64,000 nucleotides of DNA from IMG/VR virus record IMGVR_UViG_3300024344_000003, positions 3,711-67,710 of that record; one strand, 5' to 3'. Both the position numbers and the translations under genes were made by a program. The notes under the pieces were generated by a model. The model had not been told where the DNA came from. It did no database searches and saw only the letters and a program-made list of their open reading frames with translations. Source of the DNA: a virus. Positions 30,575-40,087 of this stretch are shown here, piece after piece. How positions within the stretch are numbered: the stretch's first letter is position 1; each line of letters opens with the position of its first letter.

Positions 30575-32536
30575 TTATGCGTTATATCCTGGTCTTTTTG
30601 TTTTACTAAATTGACCTTTATTATTTTGCTTAAAGTTATTGATATTGCTATCATATGTTTTACCACCAGCAAAAGATCTAAGTGTTCCACCAATTGCGGT
30701 AGGATTTGCTCTCCTCATAGCTCTTCTCTTTTGTCTGTTAGCTAAACGCATATTTTTTCTAGCTTGTCTACCTTCAGCTCTTGTCATTTTATCAGCTTCG
30801 TTTTGAGATGCTAAAGTGTTTGATAACGATCTACCAACTGTTACATTATTTCTATTACCACTACCTGGGCTATAATCAGCACCAGTAGGTAAATCTCTAC
30901 GAATACCACCAATTTTTGTTACTGGTTTAGGTTTAGTTACTGGAGTAGTTGATGGAGTAGTTGTAGTTGTTGGGGTAGTTGTTCCGCCACCGCCTGTTCC
31001 ACCACCACCAGTAGTAGTGTTTTGTTCTGTTTTATCACCATCACTACCACTAAACATTGAATATACACCTGCACCTACAGCAGCAGCTGTACCATATTTA
31101 ACAATAGGTTTTATAATCTTTCCTCCTGGTCCTAAAATGTTTTTACCAATATATTTACCAGCTTTAAAAGATGTTGATTCACCAGCAGTTTTAGCAAAGT
31201 TCTCAGTTCCACCGCTTTTGAAATTTATATTTCCACCACCTTTTCCTGGTCCGCTAGGAACTAAATCTGTTGAACTTTTAGTATTTGGTACTTCTACAAA
31301 ATCTATGTCTTCAGCATCAAGTTTATTAAAATTTGGTTTCTTTTTCTTTGTCATTCCTGTCTGAACAGATTCTTTAAAAATCTTCATCGCTTTACTTTTA
31401 CTTTTCAATGGAGACATTTTAACAGCTGAACCTTGTTTCATAGCTAAAAATGTATTTTTACCAGTATTATCTTTATCGTCCGTTGTTTCAGCTTGTGCTC
31501 TTGGTTTTAAAGCGCTAAGATCAGCTTCTATTGGTTTAGTTTCTAATTCTTGCAATTCTTGTTGTTGTAATTCACCAACACTACTTACTTCTTCTCTTGG
31601 TGTGTTATTTTCAGGTGTAGTTACCATACTAGGTTTTAATTCTGTTTCACCTGTGTCTGGATTTATCTGAGCTGAAGTTCTAAATTTAGGATCATCAATG
31701 TTTGTGAATGTTTGATTTTCAGTACCTCCAACATTTTTCTGATAAACCATTTTGTTCTTTTCGTAGCTTTGACCACCTATACCAACACCTGTTCCATAAC
31801 CCATATCTTGACCGGAAGTTAATTTAGCAGCATACAACCTTTTCTCTTTTTTTGTCCAAGGTTTTCCAGTTTCTGGATTGTCACCTTCAAAAGCACCAAG
31901 CTTTTGTTCAGTCCTCATAGCTTTATTAATTGCTTTTTGATTTCCTCTAGCGGCTGCACCAGCATCATACTGACCCATTACAGCAAAATCTTGAGGTTTA
32001 TTCTCTCCTTCAAATGTTGATACTGTTTGATCTGGACCTTGTTGAGTTGTAGTTTGATTTCTTTCCCCTATTTGCTCAGGTGTCAATGCTAATGTTTCTT
32101 CATTACTAAGAGTTCTTTTATTACCTTCTGCGTCAGAAGCGGTAACATCACCAAAAGCACCGTCATCTTTTACATTACCAGATAGTCTTCTTTGTTTATT
32201 CTCTATTAGTTTAGATTGTTCGTAGTTCCTGATAGCGTCTGGTGTGATGTTAGTCATACCTAATTTTTTCATTTCTCTACCTAATGGACTATCAGGCGCG
32301 TAATAATCTCCTTCATAAAGCTTATTGCCAGTATAAGATCCTTCTAAACCTTCGTTAACTTCTGTTGATTCTCCTGGTACAATTTGATCAACAAATTGAC
32401 CTTCTTGAATTGTCATGGTTCTTGGATCGTCGACTAAGATTTTCTTATCTTTATCTTTTTCTTCGTCCGTTTGTTTAAGAGCAGACTTCATTCTCAATGC
32501 TGCCTGTACTCTTTGTGTTATTGGTGAATTACTCAT
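30575..32536 (-). CDS. Low-complexity virion cargo-like protein
   Basis: 653 aa, largely disordered; starts SPITQR...SALKQ; one central hydrophobic Gly/Ala segment. Confidence 0.6.
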   Translation of the reverse strand: MSNSPITQRVQAALRMKSALKQTDEEKDKDKKILVDDPRTMTIQEGQFVDQIVPGESTEVNEGLEGSYTGNKLYEGDYYAPDSPLGREMKKLGMTNITPDAIRNYEQSKLIENKQRRLSGNVKDDGAFGDVTASDAEGNKRTLSNEETLALTPEQIGERNQTTTQQGPDQTVSTFEGENKPQDFAVMGQYDAGAAARGNQKAINKAMRTEQKLGAFEGDNPETGKPWTKKEKRLYAAKLTSGQDMGYGTGVGIGGQSYEKNKMVYQKNVGGTENQTFTNIDDPKFRTSAQINPDTGETELKPSMVTTPENNTPREEVSSVGELQQQELQELETKPIEADLSALKPRAQAETTDDKDNTGKNTFLAMKQGSAVKMSPLKSKSKAMKIFKESVQTGMTKKKKPNFNKLDAEDIDFVEVPNTKSSTDLVPSGPGKGGGNINFKSGGTENFAKTAGESTSFKAGKYIGKNILGPGGKIIKPIVKYGTAAAVGAGVYSMFSGSDGDKTEQNTTTGGGGTGGGGTTTPTTTTTPSTTPVTKPKPVTKIGGIRRDLPTGADYSPGSGNRNNVTVGRSLSNTLASQNEADKMTRAEGRQARKNMRLANRQKRRAMRRANPTAIGGTLRSFAGGKTYDSNINNFKQNNKGQFSKTKRPGYNA

Positions 32537-32566
32537 TGTTATTTTGTTTATTATTCCTAAATGTTT

Positions 32567-32971
32567 TTATAGTTTCCAAAGATTACCTAAGTTGTTTATT
32601 ACTTCTTGTCCTGTTAGACCTGATGTTTTATCTTTGTTATTTAGCCAATCAGTTATGGCTTTATCATTAGGTGCACCTTCTGTACAAGGCTTTCCTGTTT
32701 TTGTGTTTTTTCCTTCAACACACTTACCTTCGTCATCAGTAGAACCGCATGGTTCTCCAGTTACAGTATTTTTTCCATTAACGCATTCACCCTCATCAAG
32801 TGGTGGAGGTGGAGCTTGTGTTTCTTGTTCTTCTTCTTTAGCAGCATCTATTTTAAAGTTTTGAAATTTTTTAAATTGCTTGCCACTAGTTAAATCTACA
32901 GCACCAGTATATTTTAGAGCACTAGCTCTTTGTGTTATAGGTGTTGCTTTTTCATTATCTTTATAAGCCAT
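32567..32971 (-). CDS. Hypothetical late protein with duplicated Cys motif
   Basis: 134 aa; TPITQRASALK; two DEG.CV.GKNT.TG.PC repeats. Confidence 0.6.
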   Translation of the reverse strand: MAYKDNEKATPITQRASALKYTGAVDLTSGKQFKKFQNFKIDAAKEEEQETQAPPPPLDEGECVNGKNTVTGEPCGSTDDEGKCVEGKNTKTGKPCTEGAPNDKAITDWLNNKDKTSGLTGQEVINNLGNLWKL

Positions 32972-32973
32972 AA

Positions 32974-33351
32974 TTAAGCGTTTTGTTGTTTAAATTTTTT
33001 GTTAGATTTCCAAGCTTCTGCTTCCCATGGTAGGTTTTTTGCTCCTTCTTCCATTTCATCTCTAGGATAGGTTTTACCTTTCCAGTATACGTTTTCATCG
33101 TCGTATGCTAAATCTCCTCTTTCCATTTGATTCATATGAACTTCTTCATGGACTATAGCTTCTTCCTTTTTTTTAGGAGAAGCATCTTTATCTACAAATA
33201 TAGTACCATCATCGTTAGCTTCTGCAACAACTCCAGGTTCTAAATCATCTTTTTCAATAACTGGATATTCGCTGTTAGCAGCAACTTGTGTTCTTACAAC
33301 TTGATTGTTGTGTAATTGTTGTTTAGCTCTTTGTGTTATAGGTATCGACAT
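32974..33351 (-). CDS. Small zincin-like metallopeptidase-motif protein
   Basis: 125 aa; AIVHEEVH (HExxH) with downstream LPWEAEA; starts IPITQR. Confidence 0.5.
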   Translation of the reverse strand: MSIPITQRAKQQLHNNQVVRTQVAANSEYPVIEKDDLEPGVVAEANDDGTIFVDKDASPKKKEEAIVHEEVHMNQMERGDLAYDDENVYWKGKTYPRDEMEEGAKNLPWEAEAWKSNKKFKQQNA

Positions 33352-33371
33352 AATCTATATTATAAGTTACA

Positions 33372-34253
33372 CTATTTATTTTTATTTTTATAGTAATCTA
33401 CAAATTTTTGAGGTCTGTTAGATTTTACAGGTTTATTATTTGTATTTGAAGGAGTAACATTATTATTATCATTTTTATTATCATCATCATCATCACCAAA
33501 ACCTAATGCATTACTTACACCATCTCCTATACTACTTATACCACCTTTAATATTATCTCCAAATTGAGACAGTTTATTTCCTTCTATACCATCTTTCATA
33601 TCCCATTCATTTACTTTCTTCTGAAGTTTACTTCCCTCATACTTTTCACCTATGTATTCACCAGCAGCTGGAATTGCTGCAGGTATTCCACCTTCCCACA
33701 TTTCTCCTTTTTCATTACCTATAAATGGTGAAAATCCACTTGTTCCATCAGTAGCGCCTAATTCTTGAAGGTTATGTTGAGTAAAATCACCAGCCATACC
33801 TATATCAGCTGCTCTAAGAAGTTTAGAAGATTTATTCCATTTATTAACTCGGTCAGCAAGTTTATACGTTCCTTTAACCGCAGCTCCTACATCCCCATAA
33901 CCAGGTATAGCTGCAAAAGCTGACATCGCTGCTAAATCATGTTTACCTTCAGCTGTGTACCAAGCCGCGTTAGCTAAATCAGCGAAAGCTCCTATTCCAG
34001 GTATAAAACCAGCTACATCTAAAGCTGCATGTCCCCAGTCTTTCCAACTTGAACCACCTTTTTTATTATCTTCTTTTGCTTGATAACTTGTCGACTGTTT
34101 AATTGGTGATAAACTAGCTAAGCCACTAGTTCTAGAATGTACACCATTAAAGTTAATTACAGGTCCGTTCCCACCAGCATCAATAGTTACCTCTTGATAA
34201 TTATTGTGCCTAGGAGTAATTTCCCTACTATTAACTTTTTGTACAATGTTCAT
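33372..34253 (-). CDS. Late protein with pre-toxin (PT-TG-like) domain
   Basis: HAALDVAGFIPGIGAFADLANAAWYTAEG...AAIPGYGD resembles pre-toxin domains of polymorphic toxins. Confidence 0.55.
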   Translation of the reverse strand: MNIVQKVNSREITPRHNNYQEVTIDAGGNGPVINFNGVHSRTSGLASLSPIKQSTSYQAKEDNKKGGSSWKDWGHAALDVAGFIPGIGAFADLANAAWYTAEGKHDLAAMSAFAAIPGYGDVGAAVKGTYKLADRVNKWNKSSKLLRAADIGMAGDFTQHNLQELGATDGTSGFSPFIGNEKGEMWEGGIPAAIPAAGEYIGEKYEGSKLQKKVNEWDMKDGIEGNKLSQFGDNIKGGISSIGDGVSNALGFGDDDDDNKNDNNNVTPSNTNNKPVKSNRPQKFVDYYKNKNK

Positions 34254-34411
34254 TACTCAGCTTTTGCCTTGATTTCTTTATCTTCAGCGCTATCTACAGA
34301 AACATCACCAATTCCTGGCACTATAGCCTCTGTTGATTCATAATTTGCGTTAGGTACTCTTTTAAAGATGTTGCTAACTTTACTTTGATTTTTATCTCCT
34401 GGTTTACCCAT
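34253..34411 (-). CDS. Small hypothetical protein (52 aa)
   Basis: Hand-translated MGKPGDKNQSKVSNIFKRVP...; its TAA overlaps the next ATG. Confidence 0.55.
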   Translation of the reverse strand: MGKPGDKNQSKVSNIFKRVPNANYESTEAIVPGIGDVSVDSAEDKEIKAKAE

Positions 34412-34422
34412 AATTATTTAGT

Positions 34423-34827
34423 TTATTGATTTCGCCAGAATTTTTTATCTTTTCTAGCATATTTCTTTTTATCTCTACCTTCTTGTCTATCAGCTCTATT
34501 TTGTAATCTTACTTGTCTAGCTTGTAGTCTAGCTGCTTTTGCATCATTACCAGCTTCAGCCGCAAGCATAGCTTTTTCTTCTGTTTTATCTAATCTGTGC
34601 TCAACTCTAGTTTTTTCTCTAGGTCCTGCAGTTAAAACAACTTCATCTAAATGACCAGATCTACCTGTTGTCATATCTGACGCTATAACGTCTTGTTCGC
34701 CGTAGTTAGTATCTATAGTCTCACTACTAGCTTCTTCGTCTGAAATTATGTTTTCCCCTACAGGTTCAAACTTAAGTGGTGATCCATATTTATTTGGGCC
34801 TATGCCCTTAAATCCTTTGTAAGCCAT
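34423..34827 (-). CDS. Hypothetical late protein
   Basis: 134 aa; N-terminal GSPLK motif; basic C-terminus. Confidence 0.6.
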   Translation of the reverse strand: MAYKGFKGIGPNKYGSPLKFEPVGENIISDEEASSETIDTNYGEQDVIASDMTTGRSGHLDEVVLTAGPREKTRVEHRLDKTEEKAMLAAEAGNDAKAARLQARQVRLQNRADRQEGRDKKKYARKDKKFWRNQ

Positions 34828-34828
34828 G

Positions 34829-35323
34829 TTATCTATGTTTATCTCTTATCATATCACTAATAGATTTATTGTAAACCTTATCAGTATATGATTTGTTATT
34901 AAAAAAAATGTTTCGTTCTGAAGTTGGAATATCCTCTTCACCCAATAAGATCCTGTATATTCGGGATATAAGTTGACTACATTTAAATGAGGTTTTGAAT
35001 ATACTATATTTGATTGATGTTCTATTTCGATGTCTCCAAGCTTCGATCCAACCATCACGCCTTAGACGTTCCCAACGGTTTTTATCCCAAGAATAGGTAT
35101 AAACACCATTAATAAAGTCATTACGTGTAAATCGACCTTTGCAATCTAAATAGATTAAAAGTTCTAAATCCGCGTCTTTAAGATTATAAGTTTTACAAGC
35201 CCATTTTCTAACAAGCCTGTAATATTTAAATAATCCTATATCTCTTAAATCTTGCGCACTTAATTTCATTCTACTATAACTATGTCTTGTATTCTTATAA
35301 CATAGTATAGTTTGTCTTTCCAT
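34829..35323 (-). CDS. Putative winged-helix DNA-binding protein
   Basis: 164 aa basic; LELLIYL...FTRNDF...WERLRRDGWI resembles a MarR-like wHTH. Confidence 0.45.
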   Translation of the reverse strand: MERQTILCYKNTRHSYSRMKLSAQDLRDIGLFKYYRLVRKWACKTYNLKDADLELLIYLDCKGRFTRNDFINGVYTYSWDKNRWERLRRDGWIEAWRHRNRTSIKYSIFKTSFKCSQLISRIYRILLGEEDIPTSERNIFFNNKSYTDKVYNKSISDMIRDKHR

Positions 35324-35523
35324 TGTATACCATGCCCAGCGTGTTTATCGTAGTGAACAGTGTCATTTACGTTAACGCCTTCTACAAGGTTGCCAATTGA
35401 TACGATTTTTGCTTTTAAGTACCTGTTGTCAGTGTCTAATTTTTCAGTTAGTTCTAATCCTGCAACGGTAGTAGGCTTTTGCTTAATTTTTTCTACTATT
35501 ATATAGTTATTTACCGCTTTCAT
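35266..35523 (-). CDS. groES: Co-chaperonin GroES
   Basis: KAVNNYIIVEK...AGLEL...KIVSIG...VNVNDTVHY...IRIQDI; adjacent to GroEL. Confidence 0.85.
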   Translation of the reverse strand: MKAVNNYIIVEKIKQKPTTVAGLELTEKLDTDNRYLKAKIVSIGNLVEGVNVNDTVHYDKHAGHGIQWKDKLYYVIRIQDIVIVE

Positions 35524-37081
35524 GTCCTACTCTTATATTAGATATTACACAATCTGCGGAAATTATAGTAGAAACTACAGAAATTGCGTTCTTTAACGCA
35601 GTTTTTGTCACTAAGGCGGGGTCTACGATTCCAGATTTGATCATATTGACGCTTTTACCGGTTGTAACGTCGTATCCAACACCTTTTTTGGTCGGTGTTT
35701 CGTAGTTTTCAATACCAGCGTTTGCCATTATGGTAAAAAATGGAGATTTTATGGCTTCTACTAGTATTTTCTCCCCTATATTTTTAGGTTTTATACTATT
35801 TGCAGCGTTTAACAGCGCAATTCCTCCGCCAGGGACAATCCCTTCTTGTAAAGCTGCTTTAACTGCGTAAATAGCATCCTCAACTCTATCTTTTTTCTCC
35901 TTTAATTCTATTTTAGAGTTACCACCTACTTTAATTATGCCAACATAACCTGTTAACATAGCTAATCGTTCTTGTAATTTCTTCTTAAAAAACGGTTCTT
36001 TTTCGTTTTTTATTGATTTTTTAACAGTATCAATCCTTTCTTGTAGACTTTTCTTATCTACACCAGTTGTCAGGACTGTAGTTCTGTTATTAGTTACAGA
36101 TGTTACCACTTCGCCTAAACAATCTGGCTGGATCAGATCTAAATCATCTCCTAGTTCTTCGTTCATCACCGACGCGCCAGTTAAAAATGCTAAATCTTCT
36201 ATTGTATCAAACCTTCCAGCACCAAAACCAGGAGGATCTACAATGTTAACATTAATATTACCTTTAACTTTATTCATCAAAAGTGCCGATTTTACTTGAG
36301 GATCGACATCTGCAATAATTAATAATGATCTCTTATTCTTTATTACATGTTCTAATATACTTTGTATTTTTCTAATACTAGGTATTGTTGATGAAACTAT
36401 TAAAACTACAGGGTTTTGAAGTTCTGCTATCTGTTTATCTTTATTCGTTGCAAAATGTGATGATGTTAATCCACTATCGAACTGCACACCGTCTACTATT
36501 TCTGCATACGTTTCATCAGTATCACTTTCTTCCATTAATACTACGCCATCTTTACCTACTTTTTCGTAAGCTGACGCAATAATGCCACCAAGTTCCCGAT
36601 CATTATTACACGAAATCGTTGAAACGTCGGTAAGCTGAGTGCCAGATACTGCTTTGGAGCTTCTTGAAAGGTACTCCATAACCTTTTTACTTGCTGATTG
36701 AATTCCATTTTTAATATCTCTTGTCGATGCACCTAAATATTCAGGTTCACCCACTGTTTTTAATAGTGATTCAGCAAGGACGATAGCCGTAGTGGTACCA
36801 TCACCTGCTTCTTTCACTGTGTTTTTACTTGCTTCTTTAATAAGTGTCGCGCCTATATTTTCAACGGGATCAAACAAGACAACAGATTCTGCTACTGTTA
36901 CACCGTCTTTTGTGATCACTGGTTTTCCAAGTCCGTCTTCGTAAATTACACACTTACCGGAAGCACCAAGAGTAGATTTTACTGCAGTTGCTAGTTTTTC
37001 TACTCCACTCATAATTTTATTCTTGGCAGTATCGCCAAAATTAAGATCTTTCACGATCTCACTCGGATGATTAAATTCCAT
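35507..37081 (-). CDS. groEL: Chaperonin GroEL
   Basis: ITKDGVTVA, AGDGTTTA, EGIVPGGG, GIVDP motifs; 524 aa with no GGM tail. Confidence 0.95.
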   Translation of the reverse strand: MEFNHPSEIVKDLNFGDTAKNKIMSGVEKLATAVKSTLGASGKCVIYEDGLGKPVITKDGVTVAESVVLFDPVENIGATLIKEASKNTVKEAGDGTTTAIVLAESLLKTVGEPEYLGASTRDIKNGIQSASKKVMEYLSRSSKAVSGTQLTDVSTISCNNDRELGGIIASAYEKVGKDGVVLMEESDTDETYAEIVDGVQFDSGLTSSHFATNKDKQIAELQNPVVLIVSSTIPSIRKIQSILEHVIKNKRSLLIIADVDPQVKSALLMNKVKGNINVNIVDPPGFGAGRFDTIEDLAFLTGASVMNEELGDDLDLIQPDCLGEVVTSVTNNRTTVLTTGVDKKSLQERIDTVKKSIKNEKEPFFKKKLQERLAMLTGYVGIIKVGGNSKIELKEKKDRVEDAIYAVKAALQEGIVPGGGIALLNAANSIKPKNIGEKILVEAIKSPFFTIMANAGIENYETPTKKGVGYDVTTGKSVNMIKSGIVDPALVTKTALKNAISVVSTIISADCVISNIRVGHESGK

Positions 37082-37108
37082 TTTATTATATTACGTTTTA
37101 TTTCCTAG

Positions 37109-37393
37109 TTACTCAAATGTCTTAACAACCTTCGGTCCTTTAACAAAATCTACTTTCTTAAGATAATGTTCGATGCTACCATCAATAGCAGCTTCGGCCG
37201 ATTCAATTGTTTCTCTTCTTGTTACGTCCACCCAAGAACCATCTTGGTCCTGGTATTCGGTTTGATAAAATCCATTAGGTAGCTGGACTATTCTCCAGTT
37301 TTTCTTTTCAGCTAAATGCTTCCAAAATTCAATGGTTTCTTCGTTTATTTGTGGTTGACTACTCCACGATCTAGTCTGGTAAAATAATGTCAT
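37109..37393 (-). CDS. Hypothetical protein
   Basis: 94 aa clean ORF in the late operon. Confidence 0.6.
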   Translation of the reverse strand: MTLFYQTRSWSSQPQINEETIEFWKHLAEKKNWRIVQLPNGFYQTEYQDQDGSWVDVTRRETIESAEAAIDGSIEHYLKKVDFVKGPKVVKTFE

Positions 37394-37415
37394 AATTATT
37401 GGTTTTTGGTTAAAC

Positions 37416-37670
37416 TTACGCTGTACGTTCGCCGTGTTGCCAAACGTCGCGGTTATTTGCGATGCTCATTTTGACCACTGTTCCGTCTGGTTTATGGTGC
37501 AAGTCGTGTGTTGACGTTTGCCCTATTCTTTGGTTTTCAGCCTTACGTGCTTTACGCTTAGCTTTTTTAGCGGCCCTAATATCACGTCTCTTCTTTCTCC
37601 TGGCTGCTGCCGGGGATAAGTCCTGTTTAAAGGGTGAAGATCCTGATCTTAGTTTAAATGGTGTCGTCAT
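37416..37670 (-). CDS. Small basic protein
   Basis: 84 aa Arg/Lys-rich; TPFK...SPFKQ; first gene of the left arm. Confidence 0.55.
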   Translation of the reverse strand: MTTPFKLRSGSSPFKQDLSPAAARRKKRRDIRAAKKAKRKARKAENQRIGQTSTHDLHHKPDGTVVKMSIANNRDVWQHGERTA

Positions 37671-37741
37671 ATAGAGATAATCACATAGTATAAAAAATAT
37701 TTAAATGTGACAATTGCCTATTATTAATTATATTTATCCTA

Positions 37742-37822
37742 AAGATTATACTAAGTATAATCTTATAAGGATAGATAGTGACAACAGCCTGTTACTTAGG
37801 TATACTATAAGGCTAGTGTCAC
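37742..37822. repeat. Two inverted repeats in the divergent region
   Basis: Perfect AAGATTATAC-TAA-GTATAATCTT (37742-37764) and imperfect GTGACAACAGCCT...AGGCTAGTGTCAC (37778-37822). Confidence 0.7.
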
Positions 37823-38012
37823 AAAAAAAAGTTATCAGATATATAGGAGTAAGGTACTATACCCCCTCTTCTTCACTCTGTGCTTTTCTACAAAGTCAAA
37901 TTATTTCACCGGGCCCCCATGTTCATTTCGTTTTCCTCCTTGTATACCTCGCTAATCCTCAATAACTAATAACTATTTTTATTATATATAAATAATTTTC
38001 ATTCTAGATTTT

Positions 38013-38046
38013 CACATATTAGATACGATATACAATAGATATTATA
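38013..38046 (+). promoter_or_regulatory. Early promoter-like motif, copy 1 (divergent)
   Basis: CACATATTAGATACGA-N8-AGATATTATA. Confidence 0.6.
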
Positions 38047-38151
38047 TTATAAGTAAACAATTATAAATGAACTATAATAAATTAGATATTGAGAGACAGT
38101 GCGGAATACTACTAACACAATAATAATAACTAAACAAGTAATATACTTTTA

Positions 38152-38185
38152 CACAAACTCAATACGATGTATAATAGATAATATA
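38152..38185 (+). promoter_or_regulatory. Early promoter-like motif, copy 2
   Basis: CACAAACTCAATACGA-N8-AGATAATATA. Confidence 0.75.
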
Positions 38186-38220
38186 ATATAAGTAATAATA
38201 ACAATTTAAATATAATAACT

Positions 38221-38448
38221 ATGAGTAATTTAACTACAAAAAGATTTGTCGTAAGACAATCACTAATCGGAAAAAATGTAACATTCGAATTCACTAACAA
38301 AAAAGGTGACAAGATAACTTACAATCACGACAAAGTATTTTCAATAATGAAAGATACACTAACTAACTTACCATGCTGGTTAAAGTATAAAAGCTACACA
38401 GCTACTAACAATATACCAATGGTGCTTAGAGATAAAGAGTTAGTTTAA
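38221..38448 (+). CDS. Early hypothetical protein
   Basis: 75 aa; first ORF after promoter copy 2. Confidence 0.7.
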   Translation: MSNLTTKRFVVRQSLIGKNVTFEFTNKKGDKITYNHDKVFSIMKDTLTNLPCWLKYKSYTATNNIPMVLRDKELV

Positions 38449-38512
38449 TAACTAATTCTTTATTCACTCGGCGTTACATTATTCTCTCGAGTATAAATAC
38501 AGTTGAATCATA

Positions 38513-38555
38513 ACTAGTCTTGGAGCAGAGGTGGGTTTCGACTACTCACACTAGT
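38513..38555 (+). ncRNA. T-loop-bearing minihelix (tRNA-like fragment)
   Basis: GTGGGT-TTCGACT-ACTCAC stem-loop flanked by two ACTAGT that can pair; no D or anticodon arm. Confidence 0.3.
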
Positions 38556-38589
38556 ACTAAATAACATTAACTTTTAAATACATATAATT

Positions 38590-38709
38590 ATGGCACACAT
38601 AAATACATACAAATTAAAAGTGGGTTTCAGATTATATGGAATGCACTACAATCTACTAACTAAAGAGCAAAAAGCTCATGTAACACAAGTAGTATACGAA
38701 AACTATTAA
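38590..38709 (+). CDS. Small early protein (39 aa)
   Basis: Hand-translated MAHINTYKLKVGFRLYGMHY...; AT-rich leader. Confidence 0.45.
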   Translation: MAHINTYKLKVGFRLYGMHYNLLTKEQKAHVTQVVYENY

Positions 38710-38726
38710 TAACTAAATAAATAACT

Positions 38727-38897
38727 ATGATTAAATTCACATACAATAAAGCGTATAAATACGTAACTAATACTCACCCATTCGATATATTTATGGATGT
38801 AGTGATGACTGCGCTAGGAACTATAGCGTTTAGTGGAATCGCAATGGTAATATACCATGTAGCGAATGGAGCAACTGCTAACTTCGGAATATACTAA
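38727..38897 (+). CDS. Small early membrane protein (56 aa)
   Basis: Hand-translated; one hydrophobic helix (VVMTALGTIAFSGIAMVIY). Confidence 0.45.
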   Translation: MIKFTYNKAYKYVTNTHPFDIFMDVVMTALGTIAFSGIAMVIYHVANGATANFGIY

Positions 38898-39166
38898 TGA
38901 AGGAAGTAAGAAAACTAATTGTGGATTTTCTATTCGTAGCGTTGATATTCTATTTATTATATATCTCGCTATGGATATTCTGTCCTTGCTAAAATAAACA
39001 AACTATGCTATCATTAATAACTGGAGTACTATATTTATTATTACTCTATCTAATACTAAAATCTTAATACTATGGAAGATAATAAACTCGACTATTGGTT
39101 AATGTTTATCGAAGGTGATCTATCACTTGAGGAATTACAGAAACTATTACTAGACTATGTGTAAAT

Positions 39167-39200
39167 CACAAACTAAATACGATAATAGTTAGATAATATA
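39167..39200 (+). promoter_or_regulatory. Early promoter-like motif, copy 3
   Basis: CACAAACTAAATACGA-N8-AGATAATATA. Confidence 0.75.
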
Positions 39201-39211
39201 ATAAAATCAAT

Positions 39212-39397
39212 ATGAATACAATTAAATTTACTAACTTTAATACTCTTAATCAACCACAACAAGTTATTTTAACTTACTCTGATGGTACAAAAGAAGAGTT
39301 ATATCGCTGGCCTCATACTAAATACTATGACAAAGCAGATAAAGAATACAGAACTTTTAAATCATTTACTAAAATTAAAAATAATACTTATGTCTAA
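39212..39397 (+). CDS. Early hypothetical protein
   Basis: 61 aa directly after promoter copy 3. Confidence 0.6.
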   Translation: MNTIKFTNFNTLNQPQQVILTYSDGTKEELYRWPHTKYYDKADKEYRTFKSFTKIKNNTYV

Positions 39398-39638
39398 ACC
39401 ACAATACTTTTCAGACTTGACACTAAAACAAATGTTTAAATATCACGACCATACTTATATGATGAGTGATGACTTCAGAGCATACGAAAACGGTAGAGCT
39501 CAGCAAGATATAATTAATGATAAAGTCGAAGCTGAAGGCGGTTGGACTAAAGAATTATGTAAACTATGGAACAAATATGCACCAAATGATGAAGCTTTCC
39601 AAAAAGATTACGAGTGGATTAAAAAATATTCTAAATAA
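39390..39638 (+). CDS. Early hypothetical protein
   Basis: Track ORF is 39282-39638; likely start at ATG 39390 (MSKPQYF), overlapping the upstream stop. Confidence 0.6.
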   Translation: MSKPQYFSDLTLKQMFKYHDHTYMMSDDFRAYENGRAQQDIINDKVEAEGGWTKELCKLWNKYAPNDEAFQKDYEWIKKYSK

Positions 39639-39643
39639 AAACT

Positions 39644-40087
39644 ATGAGTTATACTAAATACAGACAAGAAAGAGAAGCATTAGAAAATGCTTATGCAAGA
39701 AGATTACTGATCGAGTATGGTATTCGTGAAGTAACTACACAAAGACAAGCTAAAAATGGTACAAGAGAATTTGAGTTTCCTGTATCTACATATGCTAATA
39801 CTAATGAGTATTACAAGAAATGGCTAAAAACTCAAGGTAGATCACTAAAAGATACACCAAGATTAAGAATAGCTTGCTTTAAATCTGGCTATGTAAGAAA
39901 ACAAAACGGCACTTACTCACCATATCAACTAAATAAAACTTATAATCAAAATAGTAGACAGATGTTCTTGATTGATGGTAAGCTAGAAATTAGAAAATCT
40001 ATAGGTAAAGCAAGGACTTTAATATGGAGCCAAATGGCAAGAATGAACTATATGCTAGAATATTATTTAAAAAATTATAAAAAATGA
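39644..40087 (+). CDS. Early hypothetical protein
   Basis: 147 aa basic ORF. Confidence 0.65.
   Translation: MSYTKYRQEREALENAYARRLLIEYGIREVTTQRQAKNGTREFEFPVSTYANTNEYYKKWLKTQGRSLKDTPRLRIACFKSGYVRKQNGTYSPYQLNKTYNQNSRQMFLIDGKLEIRKSIGKARTLIWSQMARMNYMLEYYLKNYKK

Noticed and set aside
659-36582. Short plus-strand track ORFs in the left arm (e.g. 659, 1271, 7228, 9608, 15172, 20114, 31017, 32415, 36385)
   Set aside because: Antisense to long, well-formed minus-strand genes
37714-37965. 83-aa plus-strand ORF
   Set aside because: Spans the inverted-repeat control region upstream of the first early promoter, with atypical composition
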